From the human T2T-CHM13v2.0 reference genome, Homo sapiens: a stretch of 64,000 nt of DNA. Where the stretch lies: NCBI RefSeq assembly GCF_009914755.1, contig NC_060927.1. One strand, written 5' to 3'. The translations under genes and the position numbers were made by a program. Positions within the stretch are counted from its first letter, which is position 1. The number at the start of each line of letters is the position of its first letter. Under the pieces are notes generated by a model. The model was not told where the DNA came from, ran no database searches, and saw nothing but the letters and a program-made list of their open reading frames with translations. Positions 13,411 through 29,600 of the stretch are shown here, piece by piece.

Positions 13411-14249
13411 CAGTCACGCACTGCATAACATTTCAGTCCATGACAGATATAACAGTGGTCCTGTAAGATTATAATGGAGCCAAAAAATTCTTATTGCCTA
13501 GTGCCATCACAGTCATTGTAACATTGAGAGCAACAAATTACTCATGTGTTGATATGATCCTGGTGCGAAGACACTTACTGCGTTGCCAGTCACTTAAAAA
13601 GCAAAATTAAAAATCAGAAAACCTTAACAATAGAGAAAAGCTTACAGATAAGAATATAAAGAAAAATAACTTTGTACAAATATGCAATGTTTGTGTTTTA
13701 AGCTAAGTTTTATTATAAAAGAGTCGGAAGTTTTAAAATATTGAAAATTTATAAAACGGTTACAGTAAACTAAGGTTAATTTATTATTGAAGAAAGAATT
13801 TTTTAAAATAAATTTAGTGTAGCTTAAGTGGACAGTGTTTATAGAGTCATAGTAGTGTACAGTAATGACCTAGGTTTTTATATTCACCTGCTGACTCACC
13901 CAGAGCAACTTTCAGTCCTACAAGCTCCATTTATAGTAAGTGCCCTGTCTAGAAAGGTACACCCTTTTTATCTTGTATACTATATTTTTACTGTACCTTT
14001 CCTATGGTCAGATTTACTTAATTATGCAAATGTTTACCATTGTGTTACAATCGAGTATAGCAGTCAATACAGTAACATGTTGCACAGGTTTATATCCTAG
14101 GAACAATAGGCTATACATATGTCCTAGGTGTATAGTAGCTATACCATATAGGTTTGCGTAAATATTCTCTATGATTTTCACACAATGATGCAATCACCTA
14201 ACAATGCATTTCTCAGAACATAAACCCATTGTTAAGCAATGCATGACTG
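13411..14249. mobile_element. Tigger3 (TcMar-Tigger, GOLEM/MER7) non-autonomous DNA transposon
   Basis: Terminal inverted repeats CAGTCACGCACTGCATAAC / GTTAAGCAATGCATGACTG, with TA target duplication at 13409-13410 and 14250-14251. Confidence 0.9.
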
Positions 14250-14619
14250 TATTATACACTTGAAATTTGCTAAGAGAGTAGCTCTTAAGTTTTCTCACCA
14301 AAAAAAGGTAAATATATGAGGCAATGGATAGGTTAATTAGTTTGATTTATTTGTCAATAATACCTCAATGAAAAAAATAATGTGTACTTTCTTCACTTAC
14401 TTACACTGAATTTTAATAAAAAATAATGGATTGGGGCTAATGAAGAGTTGATCTCCCCCTTTCCAGAGCAAATGTAAGTAATTTTTTCATGTATTGTATT
14501 TGTTTTTCTTTTGTGTTACAAAATAAATTTGTTTAAAATACATTTGCATTCAATACTACTAATGTGATATGAGGACTTCATATTCATACATAAGTTTGAA
14601 TGTGTTGTGCATGTATATA

Positions 14620-14955
14620 TAATCATCCCTTGGTTTCCAATGTGTGCAGGTTTCAGAACCTCCCACGAGTACCAAACTCTGAGGATGTTCATGTACCTGA
14701 TAAAGATTGGTGTAGTATTTGCATAGAACCTATGTGCATACTCCTGTGCACTTCGACTCTTCCCTAGATTACTTATAATACCTAACACAAGGTAAATGCT
14801 ATGTAAATAGTTGTTATGCCATATTGTTTAGGGAATAATGATAAGAGAAAAAGTCTGTACATATTCAGTACAGATGAAATTTTTATTAACATATTTTTTA
14901 TCTGCAATTAGTTGGATCCACAGATGTGGAACCCATGGATATGGAGGACTGACTG
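14620..14955. mobile_element. MER2 (TcMar-Tigger MITE)
   Basis: CTAGATTACTTATAATACCTAA...AATGCTATGTAAATAGTTGTTAT core; ends GGAACCCATGGATATGGAGGACTGACTG followed by TA. Confidence 0.85.
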
Positions 14956-15229
14956 TATATACATATGTAATGTATTCTTTTAAAAAATGGTTAGACGTCA
15001 TCAATAGCTGACCTAATTCTACTTGACAATTAAAACTTTCTTTTAGTCAAGTCTCTTTTTTCTATAGACAGAGAAATACTTAAAACATCTTTGAACTAGT
15101 GTATTAGATATATAATATCTGGATTCATGAGTAATTTTGGTGACATTAAAAATGCTTATCAATATCAAACTTTATGAAGAGTTGAAGAATATAAATTATG
15201 GCAACCAGTTTTTAAGCTGTACTCTGTTT

Positions 15230-15400
15230 AACCACTTTGTATATAGTAGATGATCAGATCCTCATATTAACCCCTCAGGGTAGTTATTATTTCTATTTTA
15301 CTCATGAGGGATTTGAAGTTCAGAAGGGTTAACTGATTTGTTCAAAGTAATAGCAAGGGTGATATTCTAATCCCAAACTCATTGGCCTCAATGACACTAT
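15230..15400 (-). mobile_element. MIR fragment
   Basis: MIR-core-like ATTTTACTCATGAGGGATTTGAAGTTCAGAAGGGTTAACTGATTTGTTCAAAGT. Confidence 0.55.
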
Positions 15401-16339
15401 CCTTTTTATTCTTTTACTACGATACATTTCAGGAGTCCATCTTGAAATGACTGAATAATCCTGAGTCTTGGAACGGCCAGTTTGGCCTTTTCAGCCATTA
15501 TTGTCTCATGTCTTAATTCAGTATTGTCTCATCTCTTAATTCCTATAAATATTAGGAAATATGATAAAACCCAGTGTGATTGGGCCAGGTGATTTTGTAT
15601 ATGTGCTTAGGTTAGTTAATTTGGGGAGGAGAAAACATGACTGGGTAATTGGTTTACATCATCCAGTTCTGATTATAAGCATGTTTCTGGGACGATTTTA
15701 GATATGAGCCTACTTAGACCCATGAGGTAAAGATCTGGTAAAATTTTAGTGTCTGTATTCCTTTTATTTCTATGAAAACAAAATTAAATTATTCAAAGCC
15801 TGGGAGAAATTTTATGTAGACACAGTAAATCGAGGGAAAAATGTGAATTCATTAATTTCCTACTCTAATTGAAAGGACACCTGCAGGCTTTATTGATTAG
15901 GCATCTTAGCAATAACTCTGCTGCCTTAATCAGTTCTCCTACAATTATATGAAGATTAATTTTCACTCTGGGTATTAAATCACCAGAATCAAATAAAAAT
16001 ATTTATTGAGTGTTTACTGAGCGCGAGTCATTGTAAAATGAGAATTGAGAACACCTAATGATGTGATCACATTTGACTCCCATTTAAGAATAATGTTATT
16101 TGTCTTTCTATTATTTCTTCCAGGATCTTGCATGATATAATTTGGACTATCGTCCTAAATCACAAATTTTGCCAGAGAACTTTATCTGTTTCTCAAATAA
16201 GTAGCCTGATTTTTTTTCACCCATCTGGAAAGCTCTCCTGATCATACTGAAAAACACCCATTCTATTGCTAAATCCTAACATTAGCACATAGTGAAGAGC
16301 ATATAGTGTTTTTGCTTATCTAGCCCTATTCCCTATTCT

Positions 16340-16828
16340 GTTAATAGCTCCCTGGATTTTGCTTTGAGAATCTCTCTACATCACTCTTAGTCATAAAGTA
16401 TAGAGGGTCTAGCATCAATTCCAGGTTTCAGCAGAAACCACAGAACCAAATAAAACTTTGTTCATTATGACTGGTTCAGGGATGAATATGTGAACAACTG
16501 AGCCAATGAGAACCTTCCATAAGATTTCTCTGGAATTACTGAAGAGACAAATTCTCTTTACCCCTAGAAGATCTAAGTCTGGAACTTCTGGAGAGCATGA
16601 TGTGGATAAAATCTATTTTTGAGCAAAGGCAATACAAACAACAAAGTAGAGATGAAGAAGTAGAGAAGAAAATGAGAGCTCAGATACAGCTTGCATCATT
16701 TCAGCCTCTGACTGGAACAAGACCCACTCCTGGACATTTCCAACATGTGAACAAATAAATCACTAGTTTGAAATAGTAAACTTGAGTTGGGCTTTAGTAG
16801 TTACATCTGAAACATGCATGATGAGTAC
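16340..16828 (+). mobile_element. Old MLT1 (J/K/L-like) MaLR LTR
   Basis: GACTGGTTCAGGGATG...GCCAATGAGA core and 3' end AATAAA...TTGAGTTGGG...TACA. Confidence 0.55.
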
Positions 16829-17599
16829 ACCTATCTATCTGGCCAAAGGTAACAATGGGAAGGAGGAGGCAGCAGTTGGCTCTTGTTGTCCAGTTCTTGC
16901 CCCTTGTGATCTAGTTTTGGGCCTTGTCATTTATAATATTGATATCAAACTCTAACAACTTTTCTTGCCTTTAGCATTATTACTAAAAGACTAAAAGGGA
17001 ACTTAATTTGGAAAATCCTTTTTTATAATCTGCTCTAAACCTAAGCAATTTAATACAATTGATTGAATATGAGTTCAAGGCCTGTCCAGGCCACCTGAAA
17101 TGAAGAGAGGTGTAGAAATTGTGTTCGTATGAGATCAGTCTATCTTGGGACTTCTTCCTTAGTGCTTCTAAGCTGTCATGTTACTTTGTTCCTATAGTTC
17201 ACCGAGTCTTGGCAGCTGTCAAGCAAGACTTGATATAGTGACAATACAATTAATTAATAGGCTTGCACAGAGGCTGGGAGGATGTTGGCTGCTTCCTAGC
17301 ACATAAGTTCACCTGTCTTCACGAAGCACTAATTAACTATTCTGTTTGGAGAGTGCTCCATGATGTGACAGAATACAAGGGCCTTCAGACAAGATTTTGA
17401 TGGAGAGTTTTGTCTGGCTTGTCCAATTGTGCCTATAAATCTCTTAGGGCTCTAACTTCCTTATGAAGCTTGACATCACATAGACTGGCACAGGCAGATT
17501 CAATGTAACAGGCTCTCCTGGAAGAGTGTATCTTTCCTTTGGGATCCTTATTCCTTTCTGTGATTATGCATTCTGTGTTTTGGTGAATACTTACATACC

Positions 17600-17720
17600 T
17601 CTCTACACTATTAGCTCCATGAGACTAGCTCACCTTTGAATCTGTGGTACCTAGCATAGTGGCTGACATATGAAGGCATTTGGTGAACATTAGTTGAAAA
17701 AAAAATTAATAAATAAATAA
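17600..17720 (+). mobile_element. L2 3' end fragment
   Basis: AGCTCCATGAG...CCTAGCATAGTGGCTGACATA...GTTGAA followed by an AAT-rich tail. Confidence 0.55.
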
Positions 17721-19579
17721 AAGAACAAAAAGGGAATAAGGTCCAGCTTTAGGAGATGAATTTAGAAGAGCCAGGTTGTAAAAACCCGGGAGGACAGGAA
17801 GCAGAATATAAATGCAGTGAGAAACAGCAGTCTCCTTTCCTTGAGAGAGTAACGACAGCCCATCCATGGGACCCCATGGATGTAGTCTTCTAAACCAAGT
17901 GAAAGCTACCTCATAGTAAAACTGCAGTAGAGGTTACAAGCCCTTACTTTTCTGAGAATAAGGAAGACTTTGTGGAAAAGGGGGTGAGATTAGGCAGAAG
18001 GAGAGAAGTTTACAGATTCCTAGGCATTGGTGCTAAAAAGGACCTTAGAAGGTCAACTTGTACAGCCTCCAGCCTTCAGACAGGAATATTTGCATTTACA
18101 GATGTGGCATCCCTAGTAGTTTAGTGACTTTTATGAAGCTCAAAGTTATAATTATCTATAGAAAATGGTTTTTGAGTTTATTTCAAAAACGAGTGAGCTT
18201 AGATTCCTCCCAGAGTACTCGGCAGGCAGTTCCCTATTAGCCTAGAGACAGATCATCCAAAGTTTTGGAACTCTGCTCTTTGGAAAATAAATGAGAAAAA
18301 AGAGTGAAGCAAATCAGCATGTCTATCCCATTGGGGGCCTATTCCATGGGCTGTGCTATGGCACTAATAGGAGGTGTGGAGTAAGTGGGAAAAGGTGCGA
18401 GGGTGCAATAGTTACATGGTGTGCTCCAAAATCAATCTTGAATCAGTAACAACAGCGACATCTGAAAACACAGAAACCCTAGCTTTCATTATCTCAGCGA
18501 AAGGAGATAAATTCACATGTAAAGCAGACTTGACTTGGTTTCAATGTTGTTGTGATGGAAAGCTCTCCAGAGGAGCTTCTGCAGCAATGCTGTGGTTCCA
18601 CAGGATGACTGTGAAAATAAGCTCAGGGTTACACAGACACCTTCACCTCCATCCTTTGTGAAGGGACACATATAGTGGAAAAGGGACAGATGCTTTTCCA
18701 CCTGACTGAACACTAAATAGAATGAACACATTTGAAGGGAGCAGAGCAGTGTGAAGACTGCCTGACAGCAACATGGCATCGCAAATATGGTGAGGGACTG
18801 AAATCCCTTCTGGTCAGGAGAAGCAAAATTCCATGGATGGGAATTTACCTTTCCTTTTAACCCTCAGGCAGTGTGGCTGCAGGAAACTGTCTTCTGAAGG
18901 GACACAAGGATCAGAGAGTCAATCAGAGGGTCTGTCTTCTGATTATGGGTCTGAGCAGTCAAGGGCAACCCCACTATGGGGTTGCCCAGCTCCTTCACCT
19001 GAGTAGGGGCTGCAAGTCATAGCCAGGGAGTGGTTGCTGAGCAAATTCCAATGTGAGGTGAAAGTAAATGCTATTGTTGTACATCAGCTAGCAGCTATCC
19101 TTGAGGGCATTGTGAAATGTGGCCCAGCTAAGCTCCAGCAAATTAGAGAAGGCCTCACCTAAGTGGCACATTAGGCTCATTATTTAGATTCAAAATGGGC
19201 TCTAGGGGTAGGAGGTACAGGCAGAGAGGACTGAGAAGTATGAGCCAGCTCTATTGATGTGGGAATGAGCGAGGCCTGGAGGGGTGGGACAATGTCTTCT
19301 TTCACTGCCTGGAATGCACAGGCAATGAAGAAATGGTTTTTAATTAATAGCGAATGTTAACATTCCTACTCAAACATCAAGGGGAATAATTGTTCTGCAC
19401 CCATCTCCTTACCAGGCCATGATGAGATAAAAGATCAACTAAGGAACAAGCGTGAAAGGCAGCTTTCACTGAAGTCCTGAACCTATGACTGATCTTACCA
19501 GGCATGCCAGGAGAATACGCTGCCAGGTTCCCTCACCTCTACCTTCCAACTACAGATTGAAAAGTCTGCTTTGCCTCTT

Positions 19580-19872
19580 CTAAACCATTGCGTCTTGAAC
19601 TTAAATGTGCTGATAAACTACCAGAGAATCTTGTTGAAATACAGATTCTAATTCAGCAGGTCTGGAATGTGATCTGAGATTCTGCATTTCCAACAAGCTT
19701 TTAGGGGATGACCATGTTACTGCTCTGCAGGTCACACTTTGAGAGAAAGGTTTTAGGCTGCTGTTTCTTAAGCTATTGTGTGCCTAAGAATCACCTGGAG
19801 AGCTAACAAAGATGCAGATCCCTGAATTCTATTAGTAAAAAGTCTAATAAACTGTTCCTATGAGAATCTGGA
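19580..19872. mobile_element. Two adjacent MER5 (hAT-Charlie) fragments
   Basis: CAGATTCTAATTCAGCAGGTCTGG...GAGATTCTGCATTTCCAACAAGC...CACACTTTGAG, and AGAATCACCTGGAGAGCT...ATGCAGATCCC. Confidence 0.7.
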
Positions 19873-20119
19873 AGTGCAAAGCTTAATTTTATTATTATTA
19901 TTAGTAGTAGTAGTAGTAGTATACTTTAAATTCTGGGATACATGTGCAGAACATGCAGGGTTGTTACATAGGTACACACGTGCCATGGTGATTTGCCACA
20001 CCCATCAATCTGTCATCTACATTAGTTATTTCTCCTACTGCTATCCCTCCCCTAGCCTCCCCCTGCAATAGGCACCAGTGTGTGATGTTCCCCTCCCTAT
20101 GTCCATGTGTTCTCATTGT

Positions 20120-23941
<3,822 letters not shown>

Positions 23942-24004
23942 TAAGATGCTAGCTGGTTATTCTGCTGATTAGTTGATGCAGTTTCTTCGTAGTGTCAATG
24001 GTCT

Positions 24005-25031
24005 TTACAATTTGTTATGCTTTTGCAGTGGCTTGTAATGGTTTTTCCTTTCCATATTTAGTGTTTCTTTCACGCCCTCTTGTAAGGCAGGCCTAGTAGT
24101 GACAAAATCTCTCAGCATTTGCTTGTCTGTAAAGGATTTTATTTCTCCTTCAAGTATGCAGCTTTGTTTGGCTGGATATGAAACTCTGGTTTGAAAATTA
24201 TTTTCTTTAAGAATGTTGAGTATTGGCCCCCACTCTCTTCTGGCTTGTAGGGTTTCAGCAGAGAGGTCCACCATTAGTCAGATGAGCTTCCTTTTTTGGG
24301 TAACTCAACCTTTATCTCTGGCTGCCCTTAACATTTTATTCTTCATTTCAACGTTCATGAATACGATGATTATTTGTCTTGGGGTTGCTCTTCTTGAGGA
24401 GTATCTTTGTGGTGTTCTCCGTATTTCCTGAATTTGAATGTTGGCCAGTCTTGCTAGGTTGAGGAAGCTCTACTGAACAATATCCTGAAGAGTATTTTCC
24501 AACTTGTTTCCATTCTCCATCACTTTCAGGTATACAAATCAAATGGAGGTTTTGTCTTTTCACATAGTCCCATATTTCTTGGAGGCTTTGTTTGTTCCTT
24601 TTTATTATTTTTTCTCTAATGTTGTCTTCACACTTTATTTCATTAAGTTGATCTTCAGTCTCTGATATCCTTTCTTCTGCTTGATTGATTCGGCTATTGA
24701 TACTTGTGTATGTTTCACAAAGTTCTCATGTTGTGTTTTTCAGGTCCATCAGGTCATTTATGTTCTCTAAACTGGTTATTCTAGTTGGCAATTCCTCTAT
24801 CATTTTTTCAAGGTTCTTAGCTTCCTTGCATTGGGTTAAGACATGCTGCTTCAGCTCGAAGAAGTTTGTTATTACCCACCTTCTGAAGCCTACTTCTGTC
24901 AATTTGTAAAACTCATTCTCCATCCAGTTTTGTTCCCTGGCAGGCGAGGAGCTGTGATCCTTTGGAGGAGAAGAGGCATTCTGGTTTTTGGAATTTTCAG
25001 CCTTTTTGCGCTGTTTTTTTCTCATCTTCAT
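24005..25031 (-). pseudogene. L1 ORF1 remnant, disrupted
   Basis: MRKKQRKKAENSKNQNASSPPKD... and DLSAETLQARREWGPI...FVTTRPALQE lie in separate frames. Confidence 0.9.
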
Positions 25032-26677
25032 GGATTTATCTACCTTTAGTCTTTGATGTTCGTGACCTTTGGATGGGGTTTCTGTGTGGACATCCTTGTT
25101 GTTGATGTTGATGCTATTGCTTTCTGTTTGTTAGTTTTCCTTCTAAAAGTCAGGCCCCTCTGTTGCAGGTCTGCTGGAGTTTGCTGGAGGTCCACTCCAG
25201 ACCCTGTTTGCCTCAGTATAACCAGAAGAGGCTGCAGAACAGCAAAGATTGCTGCCTGATCCTTCCTCTGGAAGCTTCATCCCAAAGAGGCACTCACCAG
25301 ATGCCAGGTGGAGCTCTCCTTTATGAGTTATCTGTCAACCCCTGCTGGGAGGTGTCTCCCAGTCAGGAGTCATGGAGGTCAGAAACCCACTTGAGGAAGA
25401 AGTCTGTCCCTTAGCAGAGCTTGAGCACTGTGCTGGGAGATCCCCTGCTCTCTTCAGAGCCAGCAGGCAGGAACGTTTAAGTCTGCTGTAGCTGTGCCCA
25501 CAGCCACCTCTTCCCCCAGGTCCTCTGTCCCATGGAGATGGCAGTTTTATCTATAAGCTCCTGACTGGGGCTGCTGCCTTTCTTTCAGAGATGCCCTGCC
25601 AAGAGAGGAGGAATCTAGAGCAGCAGTCTGGCTACAGCTGCTTCACGGACCTGTGGTGGGCTCCGCCTAGTCTGAACTTCCCAGGGGCTTTGTTTATACT
25701 GTGAGGGGAAAGCAGCCTACTCAAGCCTCAATAATGGTGGATGCCCTTCCCCCACCAAGCTCAAGCATCCCAGGTCAACTTCAGACTGCTGTGCTGGCAG
25801 CGAGAATTACAAGCCAGTGGGTCTTAGCTTGCTGGGCTCCATGGGGGTGGGATCCACTGAGCTAGACCACTTGGCTCCCTGGCTTCAGTCCCTTTTCCAG
25901 GAGAGTGAACGGTTCTGTCTCATTGTCATTCCAGGTGCCACTGGGGTATGAAAAAAAAAAAAAAAACTCCTGCAGCTAGCTGGGTATCTGCCCAAATGGC
26001 CCCCCAGTTTTATGCTTGAAACCCAGGGCCCTGGTGGTATAGGAACCCAAGGGAATCTCCTGGTCTGTGGGTTGTGAAGACCACGGGAAAAGCGCATAGC
26101 ATCTGGGCCATAGTGCACCATTCCTTATGGCAGAATCCCTCGCAGTTTCATTTGGCTAGGAGAGGGAGTTCCCCAACACCTTGCACTTCCCAGGTGAGGT
26201 GACGCCCCACCCTGCTTCTGCTCCCCTTCATGGGCTGCACCCACTGTTTAACCAGCCCCAATGAGATGAGCCAGGTACCTCTGTTGGAACTGCAGAAATC
26301 CCCCACCTTCTGCATTGATCTTGCTGGGAGCTGCACAATGTAGCTATTCCTATTTGGCCATCTTGCCAAAAATCCCTATTTTTTTATTTCTCTGAAATAT
26401 TTTATGAAAGATGTAATTAGGGGAGGAAACAAAAGATTGTTGGAATTTTTTCAAGATTTTTTTTACTTTAGTCTGTATCGTGACAGTTTTTGTATGTCTG
26501 TACTTTTTCACACTTTTATTAGCTATTGGAAGAATCCTGTAACTCACGTAAGTAAGAAAAGTTTGTCACTGTATGGCATCATTGTCAATTATTTTTAGGT
26601 CAAGAGCAAGAGGCAAGTAATTTCAGCAGGGAAGGGTTGCAGCCAAGTTGTAGTCTTTACTGAAAAAGACCTTCTAA

Positions 26678-29600
26678 GGCTGGAGGCAAGATGGCTGAAT
26701 AGATGCAGCCAGGAGGAATACCTGACACTGAGGGACTGAGACATTGGGAAAACCGGTGACTCTGAACAGATCTTTAAAGGAAAGGCATTGAGAGTGGATG
26801 GAAGGAGAACACAGCTTGGAATCCTGCACTGGGCTACTGTGCACTGGGACTCATTCCTGGCCCCCAGTGCCTCCTGAATAAGGGGTGAGTTGAGCATGTG
26901 AGAACTGACCCACTCTCACCATAAACCTCTGAAATCCTGGCAGCAGGAGATGCCACAAATATGTAAGTAGGCAGGAACAGCTGCTTAGAGACATGGTAGG
27001 CACAGAATTCTAACCAGTGCAGAGCCCAGAAGTCTTGGTGTGGGACCATCTGCAGTGGAGCATGCCCAGGGATGCCCATCCCCCAAGACCCATCTTGCTC
27101 CCCTAGGAGAATTTAACCTTAGGTGAATTGTCAGACCTGAATAGAGAGGGTGATCTTGTCCATGATATGGGACTGGTCAGACCTGAGCATTCTCCTGTCT
27201 GCTGGCAACTCCCACAGCCCCAGCCTAGCCATGCCTGTTTGCAGTGCAGCCTTAGATGCCCATTCAGGTTGCCTCCCCAGGGTCCACATCACAGCTCCTG
27301 CACAGGCAGACCACCCCTGATTCTTGGAGAGCTCCAGTAGAGTGGCCCCTCTGACCCCTACCAGCCCACCCACATTCTCCCCCAACTGACCCCCCACCCA
27401 CACTTTCCCTCCACCGCAGTCTCCCCTGTGCCACTTTTCCAGCACGCACTCACCCATGACCACCCCCCACATCATTTTGTTGGTGTGCAGGGGGGCAGGT
27501 GGATCTTGCCTCTCCTTTCCCCTGGTAGGATCTTGCCTCTCCTTTTCCCATGTCACTGCTACCAGTCCCTACCTGCCAGTCCCTATCCTGGAAAACCATT
27601 GCAGCTGGTACAAACATGCACAGAGACAGCCAGCCCAATGCCCACCACCACCTTACCCCCAGGTCAATGTCCCCACTGGTGCAAATGAGCACATTACATA
27701 AAGAGACCAAATCTATGACCCATTGCATCCCTGAAAGAGAGAAAGAGAAAGCAAGCAACTTAGAAAACATATTTCAGGATATCATTTATGAAAATTTCCC
27801 CAACCTCACTAGAGGCCAACATTCAAATTCATGAAATATAGGGCATGAGAACCCCTGCAAGATACTACACAAGAACACCATCCCCCATCTCCAAGACATA
27901 GTTATCAGGTTCTGCAAGGCTGAAATGAAAGAAAAAATGTTAAAGGCAGCTAGAGAAAAGGGGGAGATCACCTACAAAGGGAGCCAAATCAGGCTTACAG
28001 TGGACCTTTCAGCAGAAACTCTACAAGCCAGAAGAGACTGGGGACCTATATTCAGCATTCTTAAAGAAAAGAACTTCTAATCAAGAATTTCGTATCTAGC
28101 CAAACTAAACTTCATAAGCAAAGGAGAAATTAGATCCTCTTCAGACAAGCAAATGCTGAGGGAATTTGTTACCACCAGGCCTGCCTTAAAAGAGGTCCTG
28201 AAGAAAGTGCTAAATATAGAATGGAAAGACCATTACCAGCCACCAAAACAAAAACAAAAACATAACTTCAGTACATAGACTATTGACACTATAAAGTAAC
28301 CACACAAACAAGTCTGCATAATAACCAGCTAACAACATGATGACAGGATCAAATCCCACATATCAATATTAACCTTGAATGTAATTGGACTAAATGGCAC
28401 AATTAAAAGGCAGACTGGCAAGCTGGAAAAGGAAGCAAGACCCAACGGTACAATTTCTTCAAGAGACCCATCTCATATGCAATGAGACCCATAAGCTCAA
28501 AGTAAGGGGATGGAGAAAAATCTACCAACAAACAGAAAACAGAAAGAAGCAGAGGTTGCAATCCTTATTTCGGACAAAACAGACTTTAAACCAACAAGGA
28601 TCAAAAAAGAAAAAGAAAGGCATTGCATAATGAAAAAGGGCTCGATTCAACAAGACCTAACTCTCCTAAATATACATGAACACCACACAGGCACACCTAG
28701 ATTTATAAAATGAGTTCATAGATACTACAAAGTAACTTATATAGCCATAATAGTGTGACACCTAAACACCCCACTGGCAGTATTAGACCTAAAATTGAGG
28801 CAGAAAACTAACAAAGGTATGCAGGACCTGAGCTTGACACTTTACCAAATACTCTAAAATCAACCACACAGTTGGACATAAAACAATACTCAGCAAATTA
28901 AAAAAAAAAAAAACCCAAAATCATACTAACCACACTCTCAGACCACAGCACAATAAAAACAGAAACCAATACTAAAAAAATCACTCAAAACCATACAAAT
29001 TCATGGAAACTAAACAAGTTGCTCCTGAATGACCTTAGGGTAAACAATAAAATTACAGTGGAAAACAAGAAATTATTTGAAATTAATAAGAACAAAGATA
29101 CGACATCCCAGAATCTCTGTGTTACAGCTAAGCAATATTAAAAGGAAGGTATATAGCACTTAATGCCCACATCAAAAAGGTAGAAAAATTTCAAATTAAG
29201 AAACTAACATCACAACTACAGGAACTAGAGAAACAAGAGAAAACCAACAACAAAGGTGCAGAAGACAAAAAATTACCAAAATCAAGCTGAATTTCTAGAA
29301 GGAAATTGAAATGCAAAAAAAAAAAATACAAAAGATTAATGAATTCAGTATTGGTACTTTGAGAAAATTAATAAGATAAATAGAGCAGTAGGTAGGCTAC
29401 TAGAGAAAAAAAGAGAAAAGATCTAAATAAACACAATCCGAAATGAAAAAGGAGATATTACCACTGACCTGACCCCACAGAAATACAAAAAATGCTAGCC
29501 AGGCATGGTAGCTCATGTCTGTAATCCCAGCACTTTGAGAGTCAGAGGCAGGCAGATCACTTGAGGCCAGGAGTTCAAGACCAGCCTGACCGACATGGTG

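Noticed and set aside
16100-16200. Strong acceptor TTTCTTCCAG at 16123
   Set aside because: No convincing downstream donor or recognisable ORF.
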